A program made the translations under genes and the position numbers. Positions 41,648 to 50,714 of a stretch of DNA of 64,000 nucleotides are shown in pieces. Numbering within the stretch: position 1 is the first letter of the stretch; every line of letters begins with the position of its first letter. The stretch spans positions 53,627-117,626 of the forward strand of contig CAZRJH010000002.1 of NCBI GenBank assembly GCA_964600575.1, read 5' to 3'. Origin of the DNA: an uncultured Gammaproteobacteria bacterium. Lineage in GTDB: Bacteria > Patescibacteriota > Microgenomatia > UBA8517. Under the pieces are notes generated by a model. That model did no database searches and was not told where the DNA came from. It saw only the letters and a list, made by a program, of their open reading frames with translations.

Positions 41648-42116
41648 CTTCTATAAATTCTACCAACCCGTTTTCGGTATCATAAACAGCAAAATTATTG
41701 CCGTTAGTTATTGCACCAGGTCTAACTATCCTAATTCCATTTAGGATAGTATCGTCTTTGGAATGTCTGTGACCACAAAAGACGATATCGGTATCTATAT
41801 TTTCAAAAAATTTTTTGACATCCCGAGGCCTATGAGTTATGCCTATATTTTTACCTTCAATATTTTCTAATAAGTATTCTGTTCCAAATTTTTTTGAATT
41901 AAGTTTTAGATTTTGTTCCAGGGTGGAATCTATGTCTGCGTTTCCTAAAACGGCATAAAGTGGAATACCAAAAGAGGTAACTTTATTTGCAGATTCCAAA
42001 TTATTCCAATCACCGCAATGAATAATTAGACCGGCTTTTATTTTTTGTGCAAAACCCATTACATGGTTTAGATTTGTAATGTTTCCATGAGAGTCTGACA
42101 TAATCAAAATTTTCAT
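41640..42116 (-). CDS. Metallophosphoesterase (YfcE/MJ0936-like)
   Basis: MKILIMSDSHGN…GDW…GHRH calcineurin-like motifs. Confidence 0.7.
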   Translation of the reverse strand: MKILIMSDSHGNITNLNHVMGFAQKIKAGLIIHCGDWNNLESANKVTSFGIPLYAVLGNADIDSTLEQNLKLNSKKFGTEYLLENIEGKNIGITHRPRDVKKFFENIDTDIVFCGHRHSKDDTILNGIRIVRPGAITNGNNFAVYDTENGLVEFIEDE

Positions 42117-42161
42117 CTATGCATTTTAGCATTGCCACAACACATTGAATTAACTATGCCG

Positions 42162-43208
42162 TCACTGAGGCATAAACTGTTTAACATTTTGGGGGGTAAC
42201 ACTAACCTGGGTTGCTTTACCTTCTACCATAAGTCTGGCAACTTTTCGTACAACACCGTCTATATTTCTTTCCAGTGTACGAATACCTGCATCAAACCCT
42301 AGCGGTCTAACTATGTTTATCCAAACTTCGTCATCAATTGTAAGTGAGCCTTCGGGTAAACCTGATGCCTTGAGGGCATGGGGCAAAATATATTTTTTGG
42401 CAATAACAATTTTTTCCTGATCGGAATACGAAGGCATAGAAATAGGCTCAATACGATCCATAACGGCTGTAGCAATATTTGTAGTGTTATTGGCCGTTGC
42501 AATAAACAAAGCTTCCGATAAATCCACGGGGAAATCTATATAGTGGTCGGTGAACGCCTTATTCTGTTTGGGATCCAAAAGTTCCACCAAAACACCCATT
42601 ATCGAGGCCCTGCCTTGTTCGGTAACACGGTCAATTTCGTCCAAAAGAATAACAGGATTTTTTGATTGGCAATCTCTTAGTGCTTTAATAATTTTTCCGG
42701 GTTCTGCTTCGGGATGCATTCTGGACTGTCCGCGAAGGTCTAAAGGATCTCCCATTCCTCCGAAAGGAATACGGGCAATAGGTCGACCCAAAGCCTCGGC
42801 AATAGAATATGCAATAGTTGTTTTACCTGTACCCACAAGTCCCACAAAACACAAAATTGGAGCTCTGTAGATATCTGCACTCTCGCCGCGTTCGGTTTTG
42901 AGTTTCATGACACTCATATATTCCAAAACCCTTTCTTTTAACTCGGCCAGTCCATAGTGGTGTTGCTCCAAAATTGTTGCAGCATTTGCTAAGTCCAAAA
43001 TATCTTTAGTCCTTTTATTCCAGGGCATTATAGTTACCCAATCTATATATTTAACCATTGAGTCAAACTCGGGAAGAAAGGAGGGTGAATTAGTTAATTT
43101 AGCAAGTTGTCCTAGTCTGACAAGCACTCGCTCTCTAAGTTGATCGGGCATGTCAGATGCCTTAACTTTTTCTACTAAAACTGTTATTTCTTGTGCGGCA
43201 GTATCCAT
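42162..43208 (-). CDS. Lon-like AAA+ ATPase module lacking both the N-terminal LON domain and the C-terminal S16 peptidase domain
   Basis: 348 aa that aligns to Lon residues ~250-590: HYGLAELKERVLEYMSV, Walker A GLVGTGKTT, Walker B ILLDEID, sensor region and alpha-domain ending …TVTPQNVKQF. No Ser-Lys dyad region is present. Confidence 0.7.
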   Translation of the reverse strand: MDTAAQEITVLVEKVKASDMPDQLRERVLVRLGQLAKLTNSPSFLPEFDSMVKYIDWVTIMPWNKRTKDILDLANAATILEQHHYGLAELKERVLEYMSVMKLKTERGESADIYRAPILCFVGLVGTGKTTIAYSIAEALGRPIARIPFGGMGDPLDLRGQSRMHPEAEPGKIIKALRDCQSKNPVILLDEIDRVTEQGRASIMGVLVELLDPKQNKAFTDHYIDFPVDLSEALFIATANNTTNIATAVMDRIEPISMPSYSDQEKIVIAKKYILPHALKASGLPEGSLTIDDEVWINIVRPLGFDAGIRTLERNIDGVVRKVARLMVEGKATQVSVTPQNVKQFMPQ

Positions 43209-43369
43209 AAAAAATCAATCTTAAATTCTATTCAGTGTAGCACTTAAAAACTTTCTAATGAAGATTTATTCTAGAACCTAAGAACCTCAATTGTTAGCAA
43301 TTGAGATGAATTAGATTCTGGAATGGCATACTCCAACAATAAGAAGTTCTACTTGCCACAAGGAGAATG

Positions 43370-45718
43370 TCATCTTCCGAAGTCACTACCACCACTCGAA
43401 TTATTGTCTCCCATTAGTCTCGATGCCGGAAAATGAGGTCCCCCACTCGCGCCCCTGTCGGCCCTGTCAAAACTTCTTCCCCGTTGGAATCCGCCTCTAC
43501 CACCACCGAATCCGCCTCTACCACCACCGCGTCCGCCACCAAATCCGCCTCTACCTCCACCGAATCCGCCTCGTCCGCCACCTCTTCCGCCTCTGTCACC
43601 AAATTTAGCTTGTCTTTCGGCTTTGATTTTTTCGTCCATTGCCGGATCCATATTCATACTAAGGTTTATTCTTCCCATATCGTCTACCTCTTTAACTCTA
43701 ACCTGAACTTTTTGTCCAATACTCACCACATCTCCTGCGTCTTTAACAAAACCTTCCTGACCCATATCGGAAACATGGACCATTCCGTCTTTGCCGGGAA
43801 GAATATTCACAAAAGCTCCAAAAGACATAAGTCTTACTACCTCACCCTCGTAAATCTCTCCGGGTTGAACAACTTTGGCAAACCCCTCTACAAAGCTTAC
43901 TGCTTGCTGCATCTTATCCGGATCAACTCCTGAAACCGCAACACTTCCGTCATCCTCTACATCTATCTGACAACCTGTGTCAGCCATAAGTTTTTTGATA
44001 TTCTTACCAGAAGGACCGATAAATTCTCCAATCTTTTCGACAGGAATCTTAACAACTTTAATCTTAGGGGCAAACTGAGAAACGGCTGTTCTTGGGGAAG
44101 ATAGAGTGTCTGTAATTGCTTTCATCACTTGCCCTCTCGCGTCTTTTGATTGTTCGAGCGCTTTTTCCAAAATCTCTTTAGTTAAGTTGAGAGTTTTAAC
44201 ATCAAGCTGAAGTGCTGTGATACCTGCTTCTGTTCCTGCAACTTTAAAGTCCATGTCGCCGTTAAAGTCCTCTATTCCCATAATGTCTGAAAGGACTGCA
44301 AATTCTTTTTCGCTTTCGATAATAAGTCCCATGGCAATTCCGGCAACCGGAGCTTTTATGGGAACTCCAGCGTCCATCAAAGAAAGAGTAGAGCCTACGA
44401 CCGATGCCATAGAGGTAGAGCCGTTGGAACTCATAACTTCTGAAACAACTCTTATTGTGTAAGGAAATTCGTCTTGTGAGGGAATTACAGGAACAAGTGC
44501 GCGTTCTGCAAGTGCACCGTGTCCGATTTCTCGTCTTCCGGGGTTTCCAAATCTTCCTGTTTCTCCACTGGCATAAGGAGGCATTGAATATTGATGCATA
44601 TATCTCTTTTCTACCTCACCCTCGGCGGATTCCAAAAGAAGCCCCATTGATTGGGCTCCGAGTGTGGCAACTGACAAAACGTGTGTCTGACCTCTCTTGA
44701 AAAGAGCTGATCCGTGAACTCTGGGTAAGTAACCCACTTCTCCCGAGAGTTTTCTAACTTCTGTAAGTTTTCTGCCGTCCGGTCTTACACCTTTTTTAAG
44801 AATTTGTTCCCTTATGTAGTCTTTCTTCATATGGTCCAAAATCTCGGGAATCCACTTTGCATCTTCTTCTGTAACGTTGGCGATTACCGCATCAATAAGA
44901 TCCTGCATTTCCGTGGATCTTCCGTTTTCTACATGGACCAAACTTTCTACAACTCCGGAGATTTTGTCTCCCGCTAATTTTTTAACTTGTTTTTCAAGTT
45001 CTGCACTCGGGCCTTCTACAACATAAGTCTCTCTTTCGCGCCCTGCTTCTTTAGAAAGATCTTCGATTAGTTTGAGTACTGCTTTTGATTCTTTCTGAGC
45101 AAACTCAACACCTTTTACTATTTGCTCTTCTGTAACTTCATTTGCTCCCGCCTCGATCATAAGCACTGCTTCCTTTGTTGAAGAAACTGTTAGATCCATC
45201 AAAGATTTTGCCATATCCTCGGTTGTAGGATTTACTTTGTATTCACCATCTACAAGACCAACGGACAAAGGAGCAACAGGACCTTTCCAAGGAAGCGAAG
45301 ATACATGAACCGCTGCCGAAGCTGCGATGGCACCTAGAATTACCGGGTCGTTAACCATATCTACGGCCAAAACAGTAACAATTACCTGAACTTCTTTTTT
45401 GTAAGTTTTGGGGAAAAGAGGCCTAATAGATCTGTCTATAAGTCTTGCAGAGAGAATCTCTTCGTCTGTTGGCCTACCTTCTTTTTTGACCCACTTACTG
45501 CCCTTGATTCTTCCTCCTGCATAGAGTCTTTCCAGATATTCTACGGAGAGTGGAAAATAATCAAGCTCCATCTTAAGAGGTGCCGAAGCAACAGTCGCCA
45601 AAACAACTGTTTCGCCCATTCTGGCCAAAACAGCACCGGCTGCTTGTTCTGCAAGTTCACCTGTAGTTAGCGTTAGAGTTCTTCCTCCGAGATCTAGTGT
45701 TTTTGTAATCTTCTTCAT
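43370..45718 (-). CDS. pnp: Polyribonucleotide nucleotidyltransferase (PNPase) with an RGG-repeat C-terminal tail
   Basis: 782 aa with two RNase PH domains, KH and S1 domains, then ~75 aa of RGGRGGGRGGFGGG… repeats. Confidence 0.9.
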   Translation of the reverse strand: MKKITKTLDLGGRTLTLTTGELAEQAAGAVLARMGETVVLATVASAPLKMELDYFPLSVEYLERLYAGGRIKGSKWVKKEGRPTDEEILSARLIDRSIRPLFPKTYKKEVQVIVTVLAVDMVNDPVILGAIAASAAVHVSSLPWKGPVAPLSVGLVDGEYKVNPTTEDMAKSLMDLTVSSTKEAVLMIEAGANEVTEEQIVKGVEFAQKESKAVLKLIEDLSKEAGRERETYVVEGPSAELEKQVKKLAGDKISGVVESLVHVENGRSTEMQDLIDAVIANVTEEDAKWIPEILDHMKKDYIREQILKKGVRPDGRKLTEVRKLSGEVGYLPRVHGSALFKRGQTHVLSVATLGAQSMGLLLESAEGEVEKRYMHQYSMPPYASGETGRFGNPGRREIGHGALAERALVPVIPSQDEFPYTIRVVSEVMSSNGSTSMASVVGSTLSLMDAGVPIKAPVAGIAMGLIIESEKEFAVLSDIMGIEDFNGDMDFKVAGTEAGITALQLDVKTLNLTKEILEKALEQSKDARGQVMKAITDTLSSPRTAVSQFAPKIKVVKIPVEKIGEFIGPSGKNIKKLMADTGCQIDVEDDGSVAVSGVDPDKMQQAVSFVEGFAKVVQPGEIYEGEVVRLMSFGAFVNILPGKDGMVHVSDMGQEGFVKDAGDVVSIGQKVQVRVKEVDDMGRINLSMNMDPAMDEKIKAERQAKFGDRGGRGGGRGGFGGGRGGFGGGRGGGRGGFGGGRGGFQRGRSFDRADRGASGGPHFPASRLMGDNNSSGGSDFGR
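43440..43600. repeat. Low-complexity tandem repeats encoding the RGG/FGG tail of PNPase
   Basis: Repeated ccgcctctaccaccaccgaatccgcc-like units on the plus strand, which is the antisense of (RGG)n codons. Confidence 0.6.
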
Positions 45719-45774
45719 TTATTTTTATAAACAAGCTTTGCTTATTTGGGGTAAGCTGGAGATTGTATTCTGAA

Positions 45775-45792
45775 GTCCCGCCGTTGCGGGAC
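45775..45792 (-). terminator. rpsO-pnp intergenic hairpin (terminator/processing-site-like)
   Basis: GTCCCGC-cgtt-GCGGGAC: a 7-bp GC-rich stem with a tetraloop, 33 nt downstream of rpsO, with a weak U-tract. Placement by analogy to the E. coli rpsO-pnp attenuator/RNase III site. Confidence 0.35.
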
Positions 45793-45825
45793 ACCATCTT
45801 CAACCTCTAACCTACAGTTTATATT

Positions 45826-46095
45826 TTACTTCTCTAATTTTAATTCCTCAATAAGCTTTTTGTATCTTTCTTCGTCTCTTCTTCTTAGATAGTTCAAAAG
45901 TCTTCTCCTTTTGGCAACCATGGAAAGCAAACCACGCCTTGAATGAACGTCCTTTTTGTGCTCCTTAAGATGTCCGACTAGCTTCTCTATTTGGATAGTA
46001 AGAAGCGCAACCTGAACCTCGGGCGAACCAGTGTCGCCTTTTTCGCGGGAGAACTTTTTGATAATGTCTTGTTTGTGATCTTTGGCTAGTGCCAT
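45826..46095 (-). CDS. rpsO: 30S ribosomal protein S15
   Basis: 89 aa, S15 (…[34 protein letters not shown]…). Confidence 0.9.
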   Translation of the reverse strand: MALAKDHKQDIIKKFSREKGDTGSPEVQVALLTIQIEKLVGHLKEHKKDVHSRRGLLSMVAKRRRLLNYLRRRDEERYKKLIEELKLEK

Positions 46096-46210
46096 AGGTG
46101 TCTTTAAGACTAATCTGTCATGATATTCAAAGTAGGCTTATTTCAAAGCTAACCTTGAGTACATCTTGGGTATTTTAACACAGATCACGCTCAGATTCAA
46201 AGAGGATATT

Positions 46211-46864
46211 TTACCGGCCATTTACCACAGTCTGAAAAGCATTAATTAGGGGTTGTATTTTTTCTTTCATAACATTAAATCTACCTTTGGAATAGTCGTG
46301 CCTGGAATCAAAAGTCGACAAATCTACTCTAAAATCTTCCATGTCACGAGTTCCATATTCAACTGTGGAAATAGACATCGCTCTAGGCAAAGATCTTTCA
46401 TTTGGTATAGAAGACATTACCTTGTTGCTGTCGATAAAAGCAATACTCGCTAATTTACCATTTACAGGGTCAAATCCAACTCTTACGAGATCTCCTTCAA
46501 CCTGTGCAAAGGGTATTTCTTTTATTTGTTCTGCATCAATTCCATCTTTTAACTGTCCCATTTCTATAAAAAACGGGTTTGCAGAAGTTCCGGTTGCTCG
46601 AAAAAAATATTCTTTTCCGTTTACATTAACGGCCTCGCAGCCGCCGTTGTACGGACCTTTTTCTTTGAAATTAGCAGCTATTTTACTTCTTATAGCAGTT
46701 AGGGCGTTTTCCAAATTTGGCATTAGAGCTCTGTCGGCAGCTCTTTCTGCCGCTTCTTTCTCTAACGCAGCTTGTTCCGCTTTATCTCTTTTTTCTTGTT
46801 CGTCTCTTATTGGTCTAACAGCTTTGCTAAGTCTTTCTGCCATTACATCAAAACTTTCGGTCAT
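46211..46864 (-). CDS. Hypothetical protein (217 aa)
   Basis: Intact ORF with a charged helical N-terminus and no motif. Confidence 0.4.
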   Translation of the reverse strand: MTESFDVMAERLSKAVRPIRDEQEKRDKAEQAALEKEAAERAADRALMPNLENALTAIRSKIAANFKEKGPYNGGCEAVNVNGKEYFFRATGTSANPFFIEMGQLKDGIDAEQIKEIPFAQVEGDLVRVGFDPVNGKLASIAFIDSNKVMSSIPNERSLPRAMSISTVEYGTRDMEDFRVDLSTFDSRHDYSKGRFNVMKEKIQPLINAFQTVVNGR

Positions 46865-46898
46865 ACTATATCTTAGCGTAAATTATGAAGGAGGTTCC

Positions 46899-47858
46899 TT
46901 AACCTTTGTTTTCCGAGAAAGATTCGGGCTGATTAGAGGTTGAACCTTTAAAAACTTTTGGCTGCAGCCAGTCGTCGGGGGGAGTGATATCAGCCTCACT
47001 TTCATTTGTTCCTTCAAGGTCTACCGAGTCGTTTTCGTCAAAAACCGGCGGCATGGGCGGCATTTGTTGCATCTTTGGAAGTTTAATTCCGGGCATTATT
47101 GGCATTCCGGGAATTGCACCGGGCGGGAAATTCATAGGGCTAAGTTTATTCTTGGGCATCCTTCTACCTCCGCTTCTTAGCAAAAAGGCAAATGTTTCAA
47201 AGGTTTCTGCGCGAACTTCCGAGCTTTCAAAATGAGAGCTACCTTCTTCTATTCCCATTATTAAGTTTGTTGCTATGTCGGGGTCTATTGTAAACTCATT
47301 TGTTTTAACCAAGTCTGCAACTATTTCGCTGGTTGAAGACCCGGGTTTTGATAACGAAATCACATCCTTTGCAGATGATAAGACTCTGGTTCCAATGTGA
47401 ACGATTTTGCTTACGTTAAAGTCAGGTGCAGTTAGAATCGGAAAATGTGTTTCGTTTGCTCCACCTATCAAAATAACTAAGTCAGCAGACATTCCTGAAT
47501 AATTAAGATTCAAATTTTCTTTTTGGGGAGCACCAAATCCGACTTTAGGAACCACCGTTAGTTTAAACTCTCCGTTTTCTATATCGTAGCTTACTTTTTC
47601 TATATTGGTTGCGTCGTACCCGGCAAACCGAATAGTCAGGTTTTTATTGCCGATTTCGGAGACTATTTTATTGACACCTATTAGTCTATTGAATCCGACA
47701 GTCATGGGACTGGGGCAAACTATAGCGGTTTCTTTTTTATCTCTCATCGAAAGATACAAAGAAAGTCCTGCCGCAACTTGGTCAAAATACGGTTTTGTAG
47801 GCAAAATAACGAGTACGGAAGAAGACGATTCAATAAGCTGAGAGAGTGTATTATCCAT
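46899..47858 (-). CDS. DHH/DHHA1-like (NrnA-like) protein with degenerate catalytic motifs, plus a Pro/Met-rich C-terminal tail
   Basis: N-terminal VLVILPTKPYFDQVAAGLSL resembles DHH motif I but lacks the DxD/DHH residues. The position after infB matches nrnA-like genes in some lineages. Confidence 0.35.
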   Translation of the reverse strand: MDNTLSQLIESSSSVLVILPTKPYFDQVAAGLSLYLSMRDKKETAIVCPSPMTVGFNRLIGVNKIVSEIGNKNLTIRFAGYDATNIEKVSYDIENGEFKLTVVPKVGFGAPQKENLNLNYSGMSADLVILIGGANETHFPILTAPDFNVSKIVHIGTRVLSSAKDVISLSKPGSSTSEIVADLVKTNEFTIDPDIATNLIMGIEEGSSHFESSEVRAETFETFAFLLRSGGRRMPKNKLSPMNFPPGAIPGMPIMPGIKLPKMQQMPPMPPVFDENDSVDLEGTNESEADITPPDDWLQPKVFKGSTSNQPESFSENKG

Positions 47859-47875
47859 TAAAAAATTGGGGCAGA

Positions 47876-49291
47876 TTACTTGGCAACGGATACTAACACG
47901 TCGCCTATGGCAAAATCAAGCTGTGGTTCGAGTATTACTCCAAACTCCTCACTCTGACCAACAGAAGAAATTTCTTGTTTTCCCTTGCGAACGGAGACAG
48001 CTTTAGCCTTGCCTACTTCTTTATCTCCTCTTGTAACTATGATCTGATCGCCTTTATTGATTCTTCCGTTTATCACTTTGGATCCGGCTACTTTTTTATT
48101 GTCGAAGGGGAAGATTGCCAATATTTCTGCTTTTCCTGTCTCTACAACCTTACCCCGTTTCATAATATCTTCGAGTTCTTTAAGAAGCTCATAGATAATA
48201 TCAAACTTGGATATTGTTATTTTTTCGGCCTCCGCCAACTTTATGATACTACCCGGTATTTTTAAACCAAACGAAAATACATAGGCATTACCTGTTTTGG
48301 CATTAATAATGTCAGATGAAGTTATTTCTCCCACACCGCTATCAACAACTACAACTTTATCGGGCAAAGACGCAATTATTGCCTCCAATGAACCTGCGTT
48401 GTCTGCTTTTAGAATTAAAGGAATTTCATCGTCTTTAAGACGTCTTAAATCGAAAATGCCTTTTGTCTTTACCTGTTCAACCGCTTCACTTTTTTGAGAG
48501 TTGTTGCCGATCTTGGAACCGACTTGTGGGACTTTTGTAAATCCAAATACCCTAGCCGGGAATCCAGGACCAACTTCTTTTATGTTAGATCCTTTGTCAT
48601 CTATCAAAGCCCTTACTTTTGCCTCGTCCTGATCAGCAAAAATTGTTGATCCCACCTTTATATTTCCGTTTCTTACGACAACTGTCGCAAATGAACCCAT
48701 ATTATCTTTTCCAGATTCAATGACAACCCCCTCTATCGGTGAGTTTGCATCTCCTTTTATTTCCGACACTTCGGCCATAAGAGTAAGCATGTCTATAATT
48801 TCATCTACACCCTGTCCGTTTCTGGCCGACACAGAAACAAAGGGGATGTCCCCGCCTCTACCTTCAAAATAAACCTCCTCTTTTTCAAGTTGTCCTTTAA
48901 GAGCTTCGGCACTCACACCCGCAACATCTGCTTTGGTTCCTGCAACAACAAACGGAATCCCAGCGTCTCTAATAATTTGCAATGCTTCTTTAGTTTGCGG
49001 AGCAACGCCATCATCCTGAGCTACAACCAAAACGGCAATATCTGCAACTTTGGCACCTCTTCCTCTCATTTTGGTAAAAGCCGCATGGCCCGGAGTATCT
49101 ATAAAAGTAATCTTTTTACCTTCTTTGGTTTCTATTACCGAGGCTCCAATTGCCTGAGTAATTCCTCCCGCTTCACGAGAAGCCACATTTGTTTTTCTTA
49201 ATGTGTCCAAAAGTGTTGTTTTTCCATGATCAACATGCCCCAAAACAACTACAATAGGGGGTCTTTGAGTAATTTCTTTTTTTGCTTCCAT
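47876..49291 (-). CDS. infB: Translation initiation factor IF-2 (short form)
   Basis: 471 aa with G-domain motifs GHVDHGKTT and DTPGH. The long N-terminal region is absent. Confidence 0.9.
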   Translation of the reverse strand: MEAKKEITQRPPIVVVLGHVDHGKTTLLDTLRKTNVASREAGGITQAIGASVIETKEGKKITFIDTPGHAAFTKMRGRGAKVADIAVLVVAQDDGVAPQTKEALQIIRDAGIPFVVAGTKADVAGVSAEALKGQLEKEEVYFEGRGGDIPFVSVSARNGQGVDEIIDMLTLMAEVSEIKGDANSPIEGVVIESGKDNMGSFATVVVRNGNIKVGSTIFADQDEAKVRALIDDKGSNIKEVGPGFPARVFGFTKVPQVGSKIGNNSQKSEAVEQVKTKGIFDLRRLKDDEIPLILKADNAGSLEAIIASLPDKVVVVDSGVGEITSSDIINAKTGNAYVFSFGLKIPGSIIKLAEAEKITISKFDIIYELLKELEDIMKRGKVVETGKAEILAIFPFDNKKVAGSKVINGRINKGDQIIVTRGDKEVGKAKAVSVRKGKQEISSVGQSEEFGVILEPQLDFAIGDVLVSVAK

Positions 49292-49357
49292 ATGTTTTTT
49301 CCAAAACGGAAGCCGGAGAATCTAATTTAGTTAGAAGAAGAATTGAAAGTTTTCATT

Positions 49358-50545
49358 TTATTTTTCTTCAACTGTATCCGCACTTCCACTATCCTCGGAT
49401 TTTTGATCCGACTGGGCATTTTCACTAACAGCTTCTTTTTTCTCGGCTTTTTCAAGTTCCGATTCGGCCACTTTTTCTTCTGCTTTTGGCTCCTCTTCTT
49501 TATCTTCTTTTGCATCCTCGTTAGCCGCAGGGCTTTGTCCGTTACTTTCTACTTCTATTCTGTAACCCGTAAGTTTGGCCGTAAGTCTAACATTTTGGCC
49601 GTCTTTACCGATAGCCATAGAGAGTTGATCTTCGGGAGCCTTTACTTTGGCAATTTTCTTATCGCTATCAAGACTTACTTCCAAATTTTCTGCCGGAGAA
49701 AGTGATGCTTTAATAAGCTCACTAAGATCGTCACTCCAAGAAATTACATCCACTCTTTCGCCGCCAATTTCGTTTGTTACAGCCTGCACTCTAACTCCTT
49801 TTTGGCCTACACAAGAACCAACCGGATCAACACCTGTTTGGCTGGAGAAAACCGCAATTTTGGTTCTGACACCCGATTCTCTGGCAATGGCTTTTATTTC
49901 GACAGATTTGGAAGAAATTTCCGGAACTTCTCTGGCAAAAAGTTTCTGAACAAAATCAGGATCGGCTCTGGAAAGAATAACTTCTCTTCCTCTTGGGGTT
50001 TCGGTTATAGATTTAATAAGGAATGAGAGTCTTTGATTAAGGTTTAATCTTTCGTTGGGAATTCTCTCATCAACAGGCATTATGGCCTCGGTTCTACCCA
50101 AGTCGACTCTAACATTGGGACCGTCAAATCTTAGAATAAGCCCGGAAACGAGTGATCCAACTCTTTCTTCGAATTCTTCCATAATTGCACCCTTTTCAGC
50201 TTCTCTGATTTTTTGGTGAATAACTTGTTTGGCAGTTTGGGCTGCGATTCTACCGAATCCGGGAGGGGTAACATCCTTTCTTTCTTTTTTGGCTTTGGAA
50301 ATATCCTCCGGCGTCGCATCTTCAGCAGGAAGGGGCCAAGCAAAGACTCTTGTTTCGCCGCTAACAGGGTCAATCACAGCTTCGTAGTCAAACGAGTCAA
50401 CATCCTGACCCATTTCTTTGGCATCACGCCTGTAAGCGGCGATGATTGCCTGTTGAATTGTTTCTAATATAACATCAGGATCCAAGCCTCTTTCGGAAGC
50501 TATTGCCTTTAATGCTTGTGAGAATTCTGTTCTTGGCGTATTCAT
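49358..50545 (-). CDS. nusA: Transcription termination/antitermination factor NusA
   Basis: 395 aa with S1 and KH domains and an acidic C-terminal tail. Confidence 0.9.
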   Translation of the reverse strand: MNTPRTEFSQALKAIASERGLDPDVILETIQQAIIAAYRRDAKEMGQDVDSFDYEAVIDPVSGETRVFAWPLPAEDATPEDISKAKKERKDVTPPGFGRIAAQTAKQVIHQKIREAEKGAIMEEFEERVGSLVSGLILRFDGPNVRVDLGRTEAIMPVDERIPNERLNLNQRLSFLIKSITETPRGREVILSRADPDFVQKLFAREVPEISSKSVEIKAIARESGVRTKIAVFSSQTGVDPVGSCVGQKGVRVQAVTNEIGGERVDVISWSDDLSELIKASLSPAENLEVSLDSDKKIAKVKAPEDQLSMAIGKDGQNVRLTAKLTGYRIEVESNGQSPAANEDAKEDKEEEPKAEEKVAESELEKAEKKEAVSENAQSDQKSEDSGSADTVEEK

Positions 50546-50714
50546 ATTTTTATATTTCGCTTCAAGCTTTGCTTAAAGCTCATGCTCTCTCCGCTTTGCG
50601 GATCGCGTAAAAAAAATGGCGGGACCAAGCCCACCAAATCCCAAAATCTAAATCCGATGCTAATTTTATCCTAAACCAGCCTCTGAAGTCAACCCAGGTT
50701 CAAATCACAACTCG

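Noticed and set aside
43286-43305. 8-bp hairpin CTCAATTG-ttag-CAATTGAG between pnp and the Lon-like gene
   Set aside because: No adjacent U-tract on either strand, so its function is unclear. Noted only as a possible RNA structure.
49327-49515. Lys-rich 62-aa ORF that resembles a ribosomal-protein composition
   Set aside because: It lies inside the acidic C-terminal coding region of nusA, in a different frame on the same strand. Its Lys-rich composition is a frame artefact of the E/K-rich repeats.
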